Assembly (NCBI RefSeq): GCF_036321535.1
Contig: NC_087444.1
Location: 9,424,001 to 9,488,000, forward strand
Direction: 5' to 3'
DNA: 64,000 nt
From: Camelus dromedarius
Lineage: Eukaryota
Shown here: positions 37,620 to 49,810 of the stretch, one piece after another
Layout: each line of letters begins with the position of its first letter
How positions within the stretch are numbered: the stretch's first letter is position 1
Program-made: the position numbers and the translations under genes
The notes under the pieces: generated by a model
Told to the model about the DNA's origin: nothing
What the model saw: the letters and a program-made list of their open reading frames with translations, nothing else
Databases searched by the model: none

Positions 37620-38064
37620 CAGTGAACCGTAAGAGCATAAAAGGGAACTTCTGTGTCTGATTAAGTTGGAGTCGTGTGGAAAAGATTTACACTTTCTTCT
37701 GGTAAGTTTTAAAGTTGGACAAAATATATGAAACAATGATTTTAACAATAGACACCAAAGAATAACAAAGAATAATGATCCCAAAGAGACAGAAAAGAAA
37801 CATTGTGAAGAGAGGAGTTTGTTTGTTTGTTGTGAGAGAGTTTCCAGATTGCAGAGAAGGGGAAAACCCAGGAGGAGTCCAGTGGACTCCTTGTGCTGAG
37901 TAGAGGAAACTGAGAATCCTGGAACACTGGAACTTGCAAAGTTGAGTTCCTTTAAAGAGAGAGTTGCATAGAGAGAGAAATGTATAGATTTGCAAAGTGT
38001 GTTTCTCAAGTATTTGGCAGACACTGATCAGCACATGCGTGTGAGGAAACTATCAGAGCCCAGC
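37620..38064 (+). mobile_element. Old L1 (L1M4/L1MD-like) 5' UTR fragment
   Basis: aaagttggacaaaatatatgaaacaatg...gatcccaaagagacag...cagcacatgcgtgtgaggaaacta. Confidence 0.65.
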
Positions 38065-38830
38065 GAAGATGTTCAGAATCATTAATCATTGAGAAATGCA
38101 AAATGAAACCACAATGAGATACCACTGCACACGTAGTAGAATGTCTGAAATTATGAAGGTTGCCCATGTCACATATTGGCAAGAATCTGGAAGAACTGGA
38201 ACGTTTACGTGTGGCTGGTGAAAGTCTAAATCCACAAAACCACTTTAAAGGAAAAAATAAACATTCTGTGCTACCTAGTCATTCCACTCCTGGGTATTTA
38301 TGCAAGAGCAATGAAAGCATCTGTCTAATACAGAGACTTGTACCTGAATAATCATAACGGATTTATTTGAAATGCCCAGTAACTGGAAGCCCAAATGTTC
38401 ATCAAGAGGTGAACAGATAAAAAAATTGTAGTATGTCCTTATAATGGTATACCTAGAAACAAGAAGGAATTTAACTGTTTATGTACATAACAAAATAAGA
38501 ATCTAAAAATAATAATACTGAGTGAAAAAAGACAAAAGAGTATATAAGATATGATTCCATTTGTATATAATTCTAGAAAATATAAAGTAATATATAGTTA
38601 CAGGAAGCAGATCAGTGGTTTCTGTGCAGGAGGGTCAGGAAGGGCTGGGAAAAAGGAATTACTCAGAGGTCAGAGGAAATTTTCAAGATGATAGATATAT
38701 TCTTTCTATTGATTGTGGTGATGGTTTTATGGGTGAATACACACGTCAAAACTTATACAATGTATAAAGCTGTACACTTAAAATATGTATTACTGTCTGT
38801 TTATTTTATCCCAGTAAAGTTATTTTAAAA
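38065..38830 (+). mobile_element. Old L1 (L1MD/ME-like) ORF2 3' end + 3'UTR
   Basis: aagatgttcagaatcattaatcattgagaaatgcaaaatgaaaccacaatgagataccac...cttgattgtggtgatgg-like 3'UTR, followed by an A-rich tail. Confidence 0.85.
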
Positions 38831-39289
38831 ACAAAAACAAAACCCACAACAGCAACAAACAAAACATTAGAAACAAAAGTAATAGCATAAAGGAAGCTTG
38901 ATTGTGATGATAATGGATGGATTATGATGGACTGTGCTTCCTGTTGATAGTCTTGAGTCAGGGTCACAGCAAGAGTATGAAATTATTAAAAATGGGATCT
39001 GCCAAAAATTTTGTGTTATAGGAGTGACACTTCTGATACCATCCTTTCAGAAAATGCCTGAGGCTGGTGTATTCTTGGTACTGTTACTCAATTTCAGTTT
39101 GGTACCTTGGTCAGCACCATTCTTAAACTTTGCAAACCACCCAGGTATTGCAGGAGGTGGAGAGAAAAGCAGTGCGGGAGTGTCAGCAGGAGCCCAGTTT
39201 GATTTGATGTTTATCAAATTCTTGTGATTTTAAAAACAATGAATTAATTCCCTCCACAGCTGTGAAGATGACCGTGACACAAATAGTAC

Positions 39290-39500
39290 TATTTTGTTCG
39301 GCACAAACATAACTGCTTAACATATTTAAGTTGTTTGATTCTCACAATAATGTTTTGAGATAAACACTACTAATGTCATGTCAGTTTTACAGATTAGGGA
39401 ACTGAGGGACAGAAGAGATACTGTAACTTGTCCGTGTTCCCAAAGCCAGTAAGGGCTGGGAATTGAAGGTAGGCGTTCCACATCTATAGTCATTGTCTTA
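39290..39500 (-). mobile_element. MIR SINE
   Basis: gattctcacaataatg...gttttacagattagggaactgagggacagaag...gggctgggaattgaag. Confidence 0.85.
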
Positions 39501-40039
39501 ATGACCAAGTTTTTATTTTCTGGTATATACAAGTTAGTTAATTTGGTATTGTTGTTATTTGAAACATTCAACAACTGCCTTAAAAAATAAAGAAAGAAGC
39601 TGAAAAATAAAATAAAAATGGATGACAGGTTGTTTCCCTCTTGAAATAAATGTATGTGACAGAGAGGGAATTAGGTAGGGAGATAAATGTTTTTTTATGA
39701 AAATCCTGAGACAAAGGGATATCACTTGTACAGCAGAAGCAGATTGCAAGTGTTAAGCAAGTCCGTAATGTAAGGACTTCATTTGATGTCATACCTTTAA
39801 ATTATCAAGCAAGTAAATAAATAATTTAAAAAATTATTTTTGAAATTATTTGATTCCTTTAACCTGTGTTTTTAGGGTAGGTATAATTTGAAAGGAAAAG
39901 TTAATAAAGATTGTTAAGTGGCAATAAAAATTCAATTAATTATGTATTCTTAGTTATGATGTCGGCTCTACTTTCAAAATATTTCCAAAATCAGAACCTT
40001 TCTTATACTTCGACTGCTATCCCTCTAGACAAATTCATA

Positions 40040-40690
40040 TTAACAGATTTCTATTTTTTGACCCTTACATCTCCTACATCTCTACAAAGTAGAAAGAGTG
40101 ATCTTTTTAGAATAAAAGTTTAGATCAAGTCATTCTATTAAAAACTTTTCATGGCTGTGGTTTTACTGAAAATTTGATTTAAAATCTGCTTGCTATATTT
40201 AAGACCCTTTGGGATCTCATTCCAGTGACCTTCCTAATATCATCTCTGACTAATTTCCAATCCTCTCCAAGCATACTGGTCTTTTTGGAGTTCTGTGAAT
40301 ACACCAACAAGATTCACCACTAAACCCCTTTATCTTTCTTTGTCTTGGTACATGCACTCTCTTGCTTTCTTCACATTTCTGCTCAAACTTTTTTTTTTTT
40401 AACATTGAGACCCACCATAGCCTCTATAAAATCACACATCAGCTGAGTTCTTTACCATTTATCTACACCTAGATGGATTTCTCACCTTACCAACCCCATT
40501 GCTAGTTGTATTGTAAAATACAATACAAATAATTATATTTCTTTTTAACTGACAATCTCTTTCTACTAGAGTGTCCTCAATAAGAACAGGGGCTTCATCT
40601 GGTTCGTTCATTGCTATATTCCTTAGAACAGGGCTAAGCTTAGAAAAGGAACTCAATAAATATTTACTGATTGAACAAATAAATGAATTC
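40040..40690 (+). mobile_element. L2 3' region
   Basis: agaaagagtgatctttttagaataaaagtttagatcaagtcatt...aactcaataaatatttactgattgaacaaataaatgaa. Confidence 0.8.
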
Positions 40691-42599
40691 TGTATCTGCC
40701 ACTTACTGCAACTTGGGCATGTTATATAAAAACTCTGTTCTAATTTCTTTATTTGCCCAGCAGGAAGGTAGAAAATCTAACCTGCAGTGTCTCTTTAAGG
40801 CTAAATGACAGTATATGCTATGGGGATACTTCAGCACATAGTAAGTCTTAATAAATAAATGGATTATATTGTGTTGACAGTGTGGCCGGGAACTATTTGG
40901 ATTAGCATAGCACCTTAATTTTCCTGTTCTGACTTGCTTCAGAGTCAGTTTCACCTGATGAAAATCAGTAACGACCACCACAAACATATATTTTGGAAGA
41001 TCAAATAAGACAAGTGAATAAATTCTGAATTAGTAATTGTAAATGCTCTATGAGAATTTGTAACTTAATTTTCACTTAAGTTTGTATTCTGTGCAGTAGG
41101 ATGTGCAAGGAAAACTAAGATATTTAATCTACTTTTTTTGGCAAAATGCTATTTTAGATGAAACACAATGGTTTCTTTCCTATCTCAATATTCCAGGTGT
41201 ATGCAGCTCAGACCTCAATATAAACTAGAGAGTGACTTAATGAATCATTCATGATTAGTTTGAACTAATCAGAATGATCAGACGTTGGCAGGGGTTCCTG
41301 CAATGAAAGGAAATGATCTACTGTTCACAAGTGCCTCGGCATTCTGGAGGTTTGCTGCTGCTGCTAACTGCTTTTTCTCCCTCCAACACTGAGTCATTCT
41401 CTGCAGCCATTTATCTTGAATAAGCCGAAAGAAGGAAAGGTCAGCCAGATTCAAGACTTCAAAGGTGCCATTTCTTTAGCAAACATGTTCTCTTCTTGAT
41501 AGCCTTTGAAATATTCTACATCTATAATGGGTTCGTTCAGAATTATAAATTATGAGATCTTCCAGTCTTTAAAATAAGGGCATATTTTGAGCTTGGGTCA
41601 GCAAAACCATTCAAACTCAACTTTCTTTGTCCCAATTAGTGAAAGGATTCTTTTCTGAAACAGAAATATTAAGTCTTATGAGGACAGTAGTTTTTTTTAT
41701 ATCCTTATAGAGAAGTCCAGTGGTAAATTCAGAGGTATTAATTGGAATAATTATTTCTTTGAAATAAAGCTGATATATGTAAGTAGTTAAATTTCTTCAA
41801 ATCACAAAAATAAATACCCAATATTTACCTAGTTAATGGCTACCTCCCTTTTTAAAAAAAAAAAAAAAAAAAAAAGACTTTCTCCCTGGTTCCCTTGATT
41901 ATAAAGCTTTGCTTAAAACAGTACCCTGGCGCTATTTCCCACCGTAAACAACTGAACTACCCAAGAAACACCTGCCTAGCTTTTAGGACTTAGCTCAAGA
42001 AAGACCGCCTCCCCGACTCCTGCCTTCCTCCTTTTCGGGACTGACTTGTTTACATAGGGGTACTTCTTGGCTAATTTGTAGAATGCTTGAGTTACGTATT
42101 TTTTTTTTTTTTTTGGTTTGGTTACCTAGTATATAATACACTTCTGTATTAAGGCTTGATAATTTATTTTAAAGCAATACAAACATTTTTGTGAGTAGTT
42201 GGTAAATGTAATGACAATCACATTCAGTGCTTGCTCAAAAACAGTTGTTGAACATCTCCATGGAATGAAATAAGAAAAAGAGTGTAGGAGAGCTAATGAA
42301 TTGCAACATATGCAGGACAAACCCCTCTTTCTCACTAAATTCTCGCTTTAAATGATAATGAAAACACAAAGTGAGTAAAACATATGTAAGATGGGATGAT
42401 CGAGGCACTTAACAGTTAGACTTTATCCCATTGTTCCTACATTCATCCATCTATTCACGCTTAGGTTAGGGGCCTTGGGCCACCAATAACAAGATCTTCC
42501 TAGGCAGTCTTTTAAGAAAATGCTGCAACTAAAATTCATAAGGACTCTGGACATCACAGGAGAGTGGCTACTCTCACAGTTTCTTTCATGGTTTACAGC

Positions 42600-42952
42600 A
42601 ACAGAGTTCAGCATGATAGCTACTAGTCAGAGGTGGCTATTCAGCACTTGAAATGTGTCTAGTCTAAACTGAGAGGTTCTGTTCTAGTTGAAATGCCTAG
42701 ACTATCTTGACAGGTGCTTTAAGTATAAAATCATACCAGGTTTCTAAGACTCAGTATTAACAAAGAATGTAAAATTTCTCAATGATTTTTTTTGTTAAAG
42801 ATGTGATAAAATGATAGCATTCTGGACACATTGGGCTAAATAAAATATATTGATAAAATTAATTGCACCTATTTATTTTAACTTTAATGTGGCTAGTATA
42901 AAATGCCAAATAACATACATGGCTCATATGACACAACTACTGGACAGCAGTA
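42600..42952. mobile_element. MER33 (hAT-Charlie MITE)
   Basis: gtggctattcagcacttgaaatgtgtctagtc...aatgtggctagtataaaat...tggacagcag. Carries a small internal diverged duplication (ttgaaatg at 42648 and 42688). Confidence 0.85.
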
Positions 42953-42960
42953 TTCTTGAG

Positions 42961-43181
42961 TAGGGGTTGACAAACTATGGCTTGTTGGCCAAATTTGGCA
43001 CATCACCTGTTTCTGTAAATAAATTTTTATTGGAACACAGCCACATTCGTTTACGTGTTTGTTCATGTCTTCATTCTTGCTACAGTAGTAGAGTTGACTA
43101 GTTGCAACAGGTGCTGTATATTCTGCAGCGCTTAAAATATTTACTGTATGTCCCTTTACAGAAAAGAATTTGTAGACCCTG
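42961..43181. mobile_element. MER58A (hAT-Charlie MITE)
   Basis: taggggttgacaaactatggc...ttttattggaacacagccac...ccctttacagaaaagaatttgtagaccctg, with terminal inverted repeats. Confidence 0.92.
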
Positions 43182-45069
43182 CTCTAGTAGGTTGTTCTTT
43201 CATATCTCTGCTTCTCCTTTTGTGTCCCTTCTGCCTCTTCTTGATGTGATTAGTCAAACCCCTTTGTAATCTCTAGTCTAAATTCTGGAAGAAAATGGAT
43301 ATTTTGGCTTATCCAGTTTCAATTGATCTTACTTGGTTAGAACATTTTGGGCCAGGCCATTTCATCCAACTTATAAATCAGATACTCAGTTCAGTCCAAT
43401 AAATGGCTAACCCTGGGCAAAAACTCAGCCTAATATTTTTAGCCTTCACAGACATCTGTGAGCAGGCAGAAGAGGGTGCTGGGCCCCAAAGGCACTGTTA
43501 TGCATGTGTCCAACACACTTAGCCCTATATTAGTCCCTGAGTAAGAAAGATAAGTAAGAGAGTAACATATGTATATATATATACATACATATACATATGT
43601 ATGAAACAGGAAACAACAAGATCAGATTTTAGGTCCAGGTTGAGAGTCTTTAAGAGCAGACTTTGAGGGGAGACGAAGGATTGGTTGAGCCTTAAGGAAG
43701 TAGGGGAAATTGTTCAGCTTTCTGACTTCCTACTTTGATCTTCAAGAATTATACTGATAATGCTTTATTAAAAATGGGTTTTTATCCTAGGATAAATTCA
43801 TATTTGAGTATAATTATTAAAATGTGTATTCTAACATAAATTTAAAGTGACCTTTGGATTATCCATTTTAAATTATTTTAATGATACCAGTATTTCTTTT
43901 ATAATTAAGAACTGACCAAATTGCCTGCCCATTTGAATAGAATTGTAGCCAACAAGCAAATTTCTTTTCTATCTTATGTGACAGAATTAAATAAATTAAC
44001 TTGTCCACTTTCATTGTAAAAAGATTTACTTTAAATTTAGACATAGGATGTGCAGTGTCTTCTACCTATAATTTTTATGTTAACTTTAACCATAAGTTAA
44101 TGTGCACATTTTGCTAGTATAAATGGGAACATATGACTTTTGTGACATCAAAATTAATTTCATGCCATTTCTAAAGACATGAAATACTGTTACTTGCTTG
44201 AAAAGAACATGCACACTAAAATATTTTAATTTAGGTTTACAACATCCCTTAATAATTGTGTAGCTTTCTTAAGATGAGTTCTTACTTTAAGTGTCAATAA
44301 TGACTTTTGCCTAAAAGCAACAACTCAGCTTTAAATATTTCAAACTACATGTGTCCTTATGTAAAGGGGTAAATTAAATGAGAGATAAGTAACAATGTTT
44401 CTAAAGTTTAGTTCGTAGATAATACTTGACTCCTTCTCAATGAGGGAACACACCTTAGTGGAGGAAGGGTGGTAATCTAGATTAGTTGAAATTTAAACCA
44501 TTTTTCTGCGTAGTGTGCTAATAAGTGCCGTTTTCAGATGATGTCAGATAGCAAAGTATGACTATTCTGAAGTCTGTTTCCTTATGGACGTTGCCCTCTC
44601 TCAGTCACGTTTTGGATCAGAATACACTGTGGTGTGGGGATGTGTCACTTTCTGCATACCACACTCAGTTTGATTGTTGGAGGTGGGGGCGAGATGGGAG
44701 GACTGAGTGGACCATGCAGTCATTATGAGGCTGTTTCAGTTAGACCAAATATTGTCTAAAGTAAGTTCTCCGTATGGTCCATTTTGGCATTCTAAAATTC
44801 TAGAAATCTAAGATTGAGATCTTAGTTTATCTGAGAAATGTTAAGTTCTGCTGCTGCTGTGGTGCTTATATCTCCATTGGGGATTCAAAGGGAAAAAAGT
44901 GGTTGGATGAAGGCAGGACTCATGCATTCGTAGGTTTGCTGCACATCGTCATGATGCCACCTCAGCTATTCTAGGACTAGGAAATGGGGATTAACCTGGT
45001 TTATAAAGTCATCTCTCCTCCAAACACTATCACACTGGGTTATTCTTACTCAAGTTATATATGACACTG

Positions 45070-46340
45070 TATCTCTTACTCCTTGTACAACCAAGGTTCT
45101 GTTGAATTGTTACAACTACTTGACAGCTGTTTTTTATTTTCTTGCCTCTGCTGCTTTATGGAAACACTAAAGTTTTTAGCAAACTCATGATCACCATCTT
45201 TGATAACTTTTTTTCAGTACTACTTGACTTCTTTGTACAGTTTTTACTACTGTTTTCCACCCCATGCTTAAAAAAAATTTTTTTTTTCATTGTTGGTTTC
45301 TAAGACAATTCTCCCTTCTGATGTTTCCCTAGATCTCTAACCATTAGTGCCCTGTTTTCCTTGCTGGAGGCTTCTCCTTACCCATTGGAATTCCGCAGGT
45401 TTTGATCCTTTATATTTCACTTCTAACTATATTTTATATGTGTGTAAGGAGACTTATTTGCCCAATGCTGTCAACTATCTTCTATGTATTGATGTCTCTC
45501 AAATCTATGCCTTTAGTGTTGAACTTTTTATATACTTACATCTGATTGCTTCTTGAATATACCTCAGTTTCCTCAAATAGTATAGGTACCAAAATGAACT
45601 TTCATGATTTTCCATTACCTCCAAAATCTATTCCTGTTCTTGTATTCTTTATCTCAGTTAAGGTTATAACCATCTGCCATCAAACTATAAATCACAGATA
45701 TTAAGATTTTGTGTTTCTCATACCAGTCATCAGACGCTATCCATTTTACCTCATGGTTCTTTGTTACACCTGTCATCTCTTAACCCAACAAAATCAGTTT
45801 TACAAAACACCTTTTCAGAATTTTCCCGGAATTTACTTTCACCATTGTTTTTCTATTCCAGTCTAAACTTGGTGCTACCATAGTAATCTTAGTAAGACAA
45901 AATCCTTTTAAAATCCTCTTTTAGGTCTTTGATTACAGGATGAAGTGAAAACTCTCTAACATGTTGTATAGAGCTTTACAATTTGGTGTTGACCTACTGA
46001 ATCAGTCCATCTCATCTCTTATCACTCAGTCCAACCCACAGAACCACTTGTCTTTGGTTCCAGCTGCACCACACTTTCCACTGTGTCCTAACACATCAGG
46101 TTTTTTTTTTTTTTTTTTTTAACCACATGTGCCTTTTTCCATACTGTTCTCCTGCTGCTAATACTTCACCCATACCTTCTCTTCTTAGGAAACCTCTTTT
46201 TGCCTTTCAATATTCAAATGTTCTTTTTTTGTCCCTGGGAACCCCTGCCAGAGCTCTCCCTTCTTAAGCTAGTGAACCTATTCAACATTAAATATAAGCT
46301 TGGCTTGGCTTTTGAGTCTGCAGGTGATAGTTTATTTATT
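45070..46340 (+). mobile_element. L2 LINE, decayed
   Basis: Pyrimidine-rich L2 body (gatgtctctcaaatctatg, ctgttcttgtattctttatctcagttaagg) with L2 3' motifs. Confidence 0.65.
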
Positions 46341-46611
46341 TTACCTAGAATAACACGTATCAATGAAAGGCTATGCTATTTTGAATGACTGTAATTCTTC
46401 AAATGTCTGTTTTGGTCATTTAGCCAAAAGAGCATGTAATTGCAATTGGATAGATTTCTTCAAACACAATTTATATACTTTATAAGAAATAGAGGGAAGA
46501 GAGAAGGCATGTTTTGCGTTTCTTTGGTTGTTGACCATCTTAAGCCATTGCCCATACATAATCCTAATATATTGTATTGTAGCAAATGCTTTATACTTCT
46601 TTCTTCCTCAG

Positions 46612-46694
46612 TGGATGGTGAACTCCTGCAGGACAGAGATTATCCTGGGACCTCCGCCTAACGAAGGAAAATGTGACTACAGTTCAAACTTCAG
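46612..46694 (+). other. Exon-like segment (83 nt) with strong splice sites; coding status unknown
   Basis: Acceptor cttctttcttcctcag| and donor CAG|gtaaga. The 5' part resembles an L2/MIR tail. Confidence 0.3.
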
Positions 46695-47089
46695 GTAAGA
46701 GAATTCAGTAATATCAAAGAAGACTCATTAGAGGAAAAACTTAAGGAATGCTGAAGTCTCAATCTTCCTTTTCCTCTCACCAAACCTCTGCTGCCATGAT
46801 GCATGTAAGAGTCCCTCTCTCCCTCTAAACAATAGTCCATATTACATTTGGTCTTCAGTGTTCATTGATAGGCCAAATAAAGCCAGTTGTACAGCTGTAC
46901 TTCTAAAGACATTCTCTGAGAGGGTCTATCATAAGGGACACATTTTTCAGGCCAGTCTCATGTCTTTACAGATAAATCTTAATGGGTAGAGAGTCTGTGA
47001 TTAGCATCTCGTTCTTTTTAAAGTCTTTTTTCATCAATAAAAACCCTATACATTTACTCATATTTACTTACGTTTTAATTCTTGCCTTC

Positions 47090-47800
47090 AGCGTACCTGT
47101 CCAAAAACCACTTGAGGTGCTGGTATTTTGGATTAGAGTAGGGTGGTAGAAATGGCAAAAACTGCAATGGTATTTAACAGGCAGAATCAAGAGGAATGTG
47201 AGTGAAATGGAAATGAAGATGGTAAAGGAGAAGGTGTCGAGAGTGACTTACAGGTTTCTGGCTCACACAACTGGGTGGATGGTAACATTCATTGAGGTAG
47301 AAGACACTAAGCCAAATCCATGTTAGGAACTGGAGGTCCATAAATTTATTTTTGGACATATTAAATTTGATGCGCTTTTGAGATACCTACAAGTGAGATG
47401 TCAAATAGCTGTTGTAAATGTTGTCTGAGAGCTCAGAGTAGGGTCAGTAAATAAGAGTAATTAATTAGCTAGTTATGTTAATTAAATGTAACATTATGAC
47501 ATTTGAGTTATTTTATTGAAAAATGGTTGATACTGAATTTATGAGACCTTATCAGTATTGGGGCTACAATGATGGCTAAAATAATTCCATCTTTTTAAGA
47601 GCTCACAATATATTCAGAGACACAGGCATGTATATGCAAAATATACCAGTAGTTACTTAGCCATACTATAAGTGTCATACTAGAGATAAACCAAATGCCA
47701 TGAGGACATATAGAAGGAAGCAAATAATTCTGTGGAGTAATGAGTCTGGACTATAAGGATGAGAAAATGTAACAAATTATTAATTTTAACTGGGTCTTGA
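47090..47800 (-). mobile_element. L2 fragments
   Basis: ttttggacatattaaatttgatgcgcttttgagatacc...gagatgtcaaatagctg. Confidence 0.7.
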
Positions 47801-49419
47801 TAGAACACTGAACATTATCATTCTTAACTGAGTGAACAGTACATTCTCAGAGGAATTAAACTCATGGCATACTTGAGGGCCAGCAAGTGGTCCTTTTGGG
47901 AAGAATGTAGTCAGAAGAGTAACACTTTTCCTGCATCTCCAATTGCTGGGAAGAGAAACCTTTGTAAAAACGACTCATCAGTTTTTCTCTTTCTGATAAT
48001 CTTACATTTTGTAATTCAACTAATTCTCTCATCATGCCAAAATTAAGCTAATAACCTTCTAGACTCAATTATTTCTTTTTGTGCCTGCACTTGTGTCTTT
48101 GTAAATACTCTGTGGTTTTAGGCAGTCTGACTGTATCTGACACAAAATGCCCATGTGGTGCTCTGGGAGGCTTGTTATCATAGTACATGAGTTCTAGCAG
48201 GGAAGCCATGTGCTTCTGATAATATAAAACATATAAGAGTGCACTCAAAGGACAGTTCCAGAAATAATTACTGCCCGATAAGGACAAGGCAATTTTACAG
48301 CTGTTGTGTCAGGCTTGGTATTTCTACCCAAAGTGTAGTTAGTAAAGCCTTTTACTTAGTGTTTTTATTGCTGGAAATAAAAGATGTTTGAAGAACACTT
48401 AGACTGAATGCTCATGTAATATATTCCATCAGAGTGCTGGAGACAATGAAGATCAGAAGGCAGGAGATTAGGAAACACTGAGGGGACAGAATGAAAGCTG
48501 CATAGGAAACTGACTACGAATGAGAATCCCCTTCACTTTCACAGTAAACCACACAGGGGAATTCAGAGGTTAAAAATTAAAAATCCAACTCAGTCTTTGT
48601 TAAAGCATAACCTAAAAATCTGTTACTTATTTTATTGTCAAATATTGCTGAAATGTGTATGATTAGCTATTGCACCAAAGAATAGTTACAGAAATTAAAT
48701 AATAGTTAATGCTTAAGATATGTGCACGTTCTCCTTTGCCTTTGAAATTAAAAAAAAAACTATAAAGACTAGATGTTACATAAATGAGGTCTCTCTGGGA
48801 AGAAGTTGAATAATTAGGAAATGAAAAGATAACATTGTGGGTCCTTAAAAGGCTCGAGACTATTAAAATTGACAAATCACCAGTTCCAAGCATCATATAT
48901 CAAGGAATGATAAGGAAGTGAGAATGGAAATTAAAAAAACTTTAGACAACACTCTCTTCTTAAGTGTACTTAATTCAGGAAGTATATCAGGGGAGAAAAA
49001 AGATGGTAATATAATGCTGCATTTAACTGACAACCAGAGAAAAATGTGAGTACACAGCAGACAGGGATGTAGCAGCTATGGGATTAAGTGGTATTTATGT
49101 GGCTAAATGAATGAACTTTAGAGGTGCTGTTGCATTCAGAAGCTGGTATTGGTGGGTGAGTGGTAAATGGCATTAGGTTCTGCCTCTATTTTTTGTGCCT
49201 GAAGTAGCTAACCTGATTTTCCTGAAACACTGAAACTTTTCAAAGAGAAAATCAGACTTTATACTTTACTTAATATTGATGATTTGAAATTCATGTTAAT
49301 TGTATCTACTGTTTGTATTAGCTTGGAATTTTTTAAATTGAATTCCATATTTTAAAATCTTTACAACTTTAGTATGATGATACCCTCTTTCATTTATATA
49401 GCCCATCATAATGGATTAC

Positions 49420-49540
49420 ATTTTTCGTAGTGGTTCTTTGCTACACCATGAGGTGGCAGGCGTGACGGACACTGTTGGTCCCATTTTACTCAGAGAAAAC
49501 AGACTCAGAGTGGTCTCACGGTTTTTCCAACTCAGACAGT
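49420..49540 (-). mobile_element. MIR fragment
   Basis: cccattttactcagagaaaacagactcagagtgg. Confidence 0.6.
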
Positions 49541-49679
49541 TTATTAGTGTTAAATTCAAGATTATTCCACTAATTCAGAGTCCTTTTTCAAAATTATATT
49601 GTAGTTTTGGGGGTCAGAAGAGCATTAAGATTAGATACATCTTAAGTTTTCTTCAGAGCATGTAAGCTTTTTTAATCAT

Positions 49680-49810
49680 AATTTTAGAATGTGGTCCTGT
49701 TTGCTCTCTCTGAGCAGGCGGTGAAGATTAGGTTTGCAGAAGAGTTAAGAAGAATTTCCTGACTAAGCTGTCTGAGCATGAGAGTGGAGTCTTGAGGAAA
49801 GTGATTTTAT
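49680..49810 (+). mobile_element. L3/MIR3-type fragment
   Basis: agaagaatttcctgactaagctgtctgagcatgagagtggagtcttgaggaaagtg. Confidence 0.5.
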
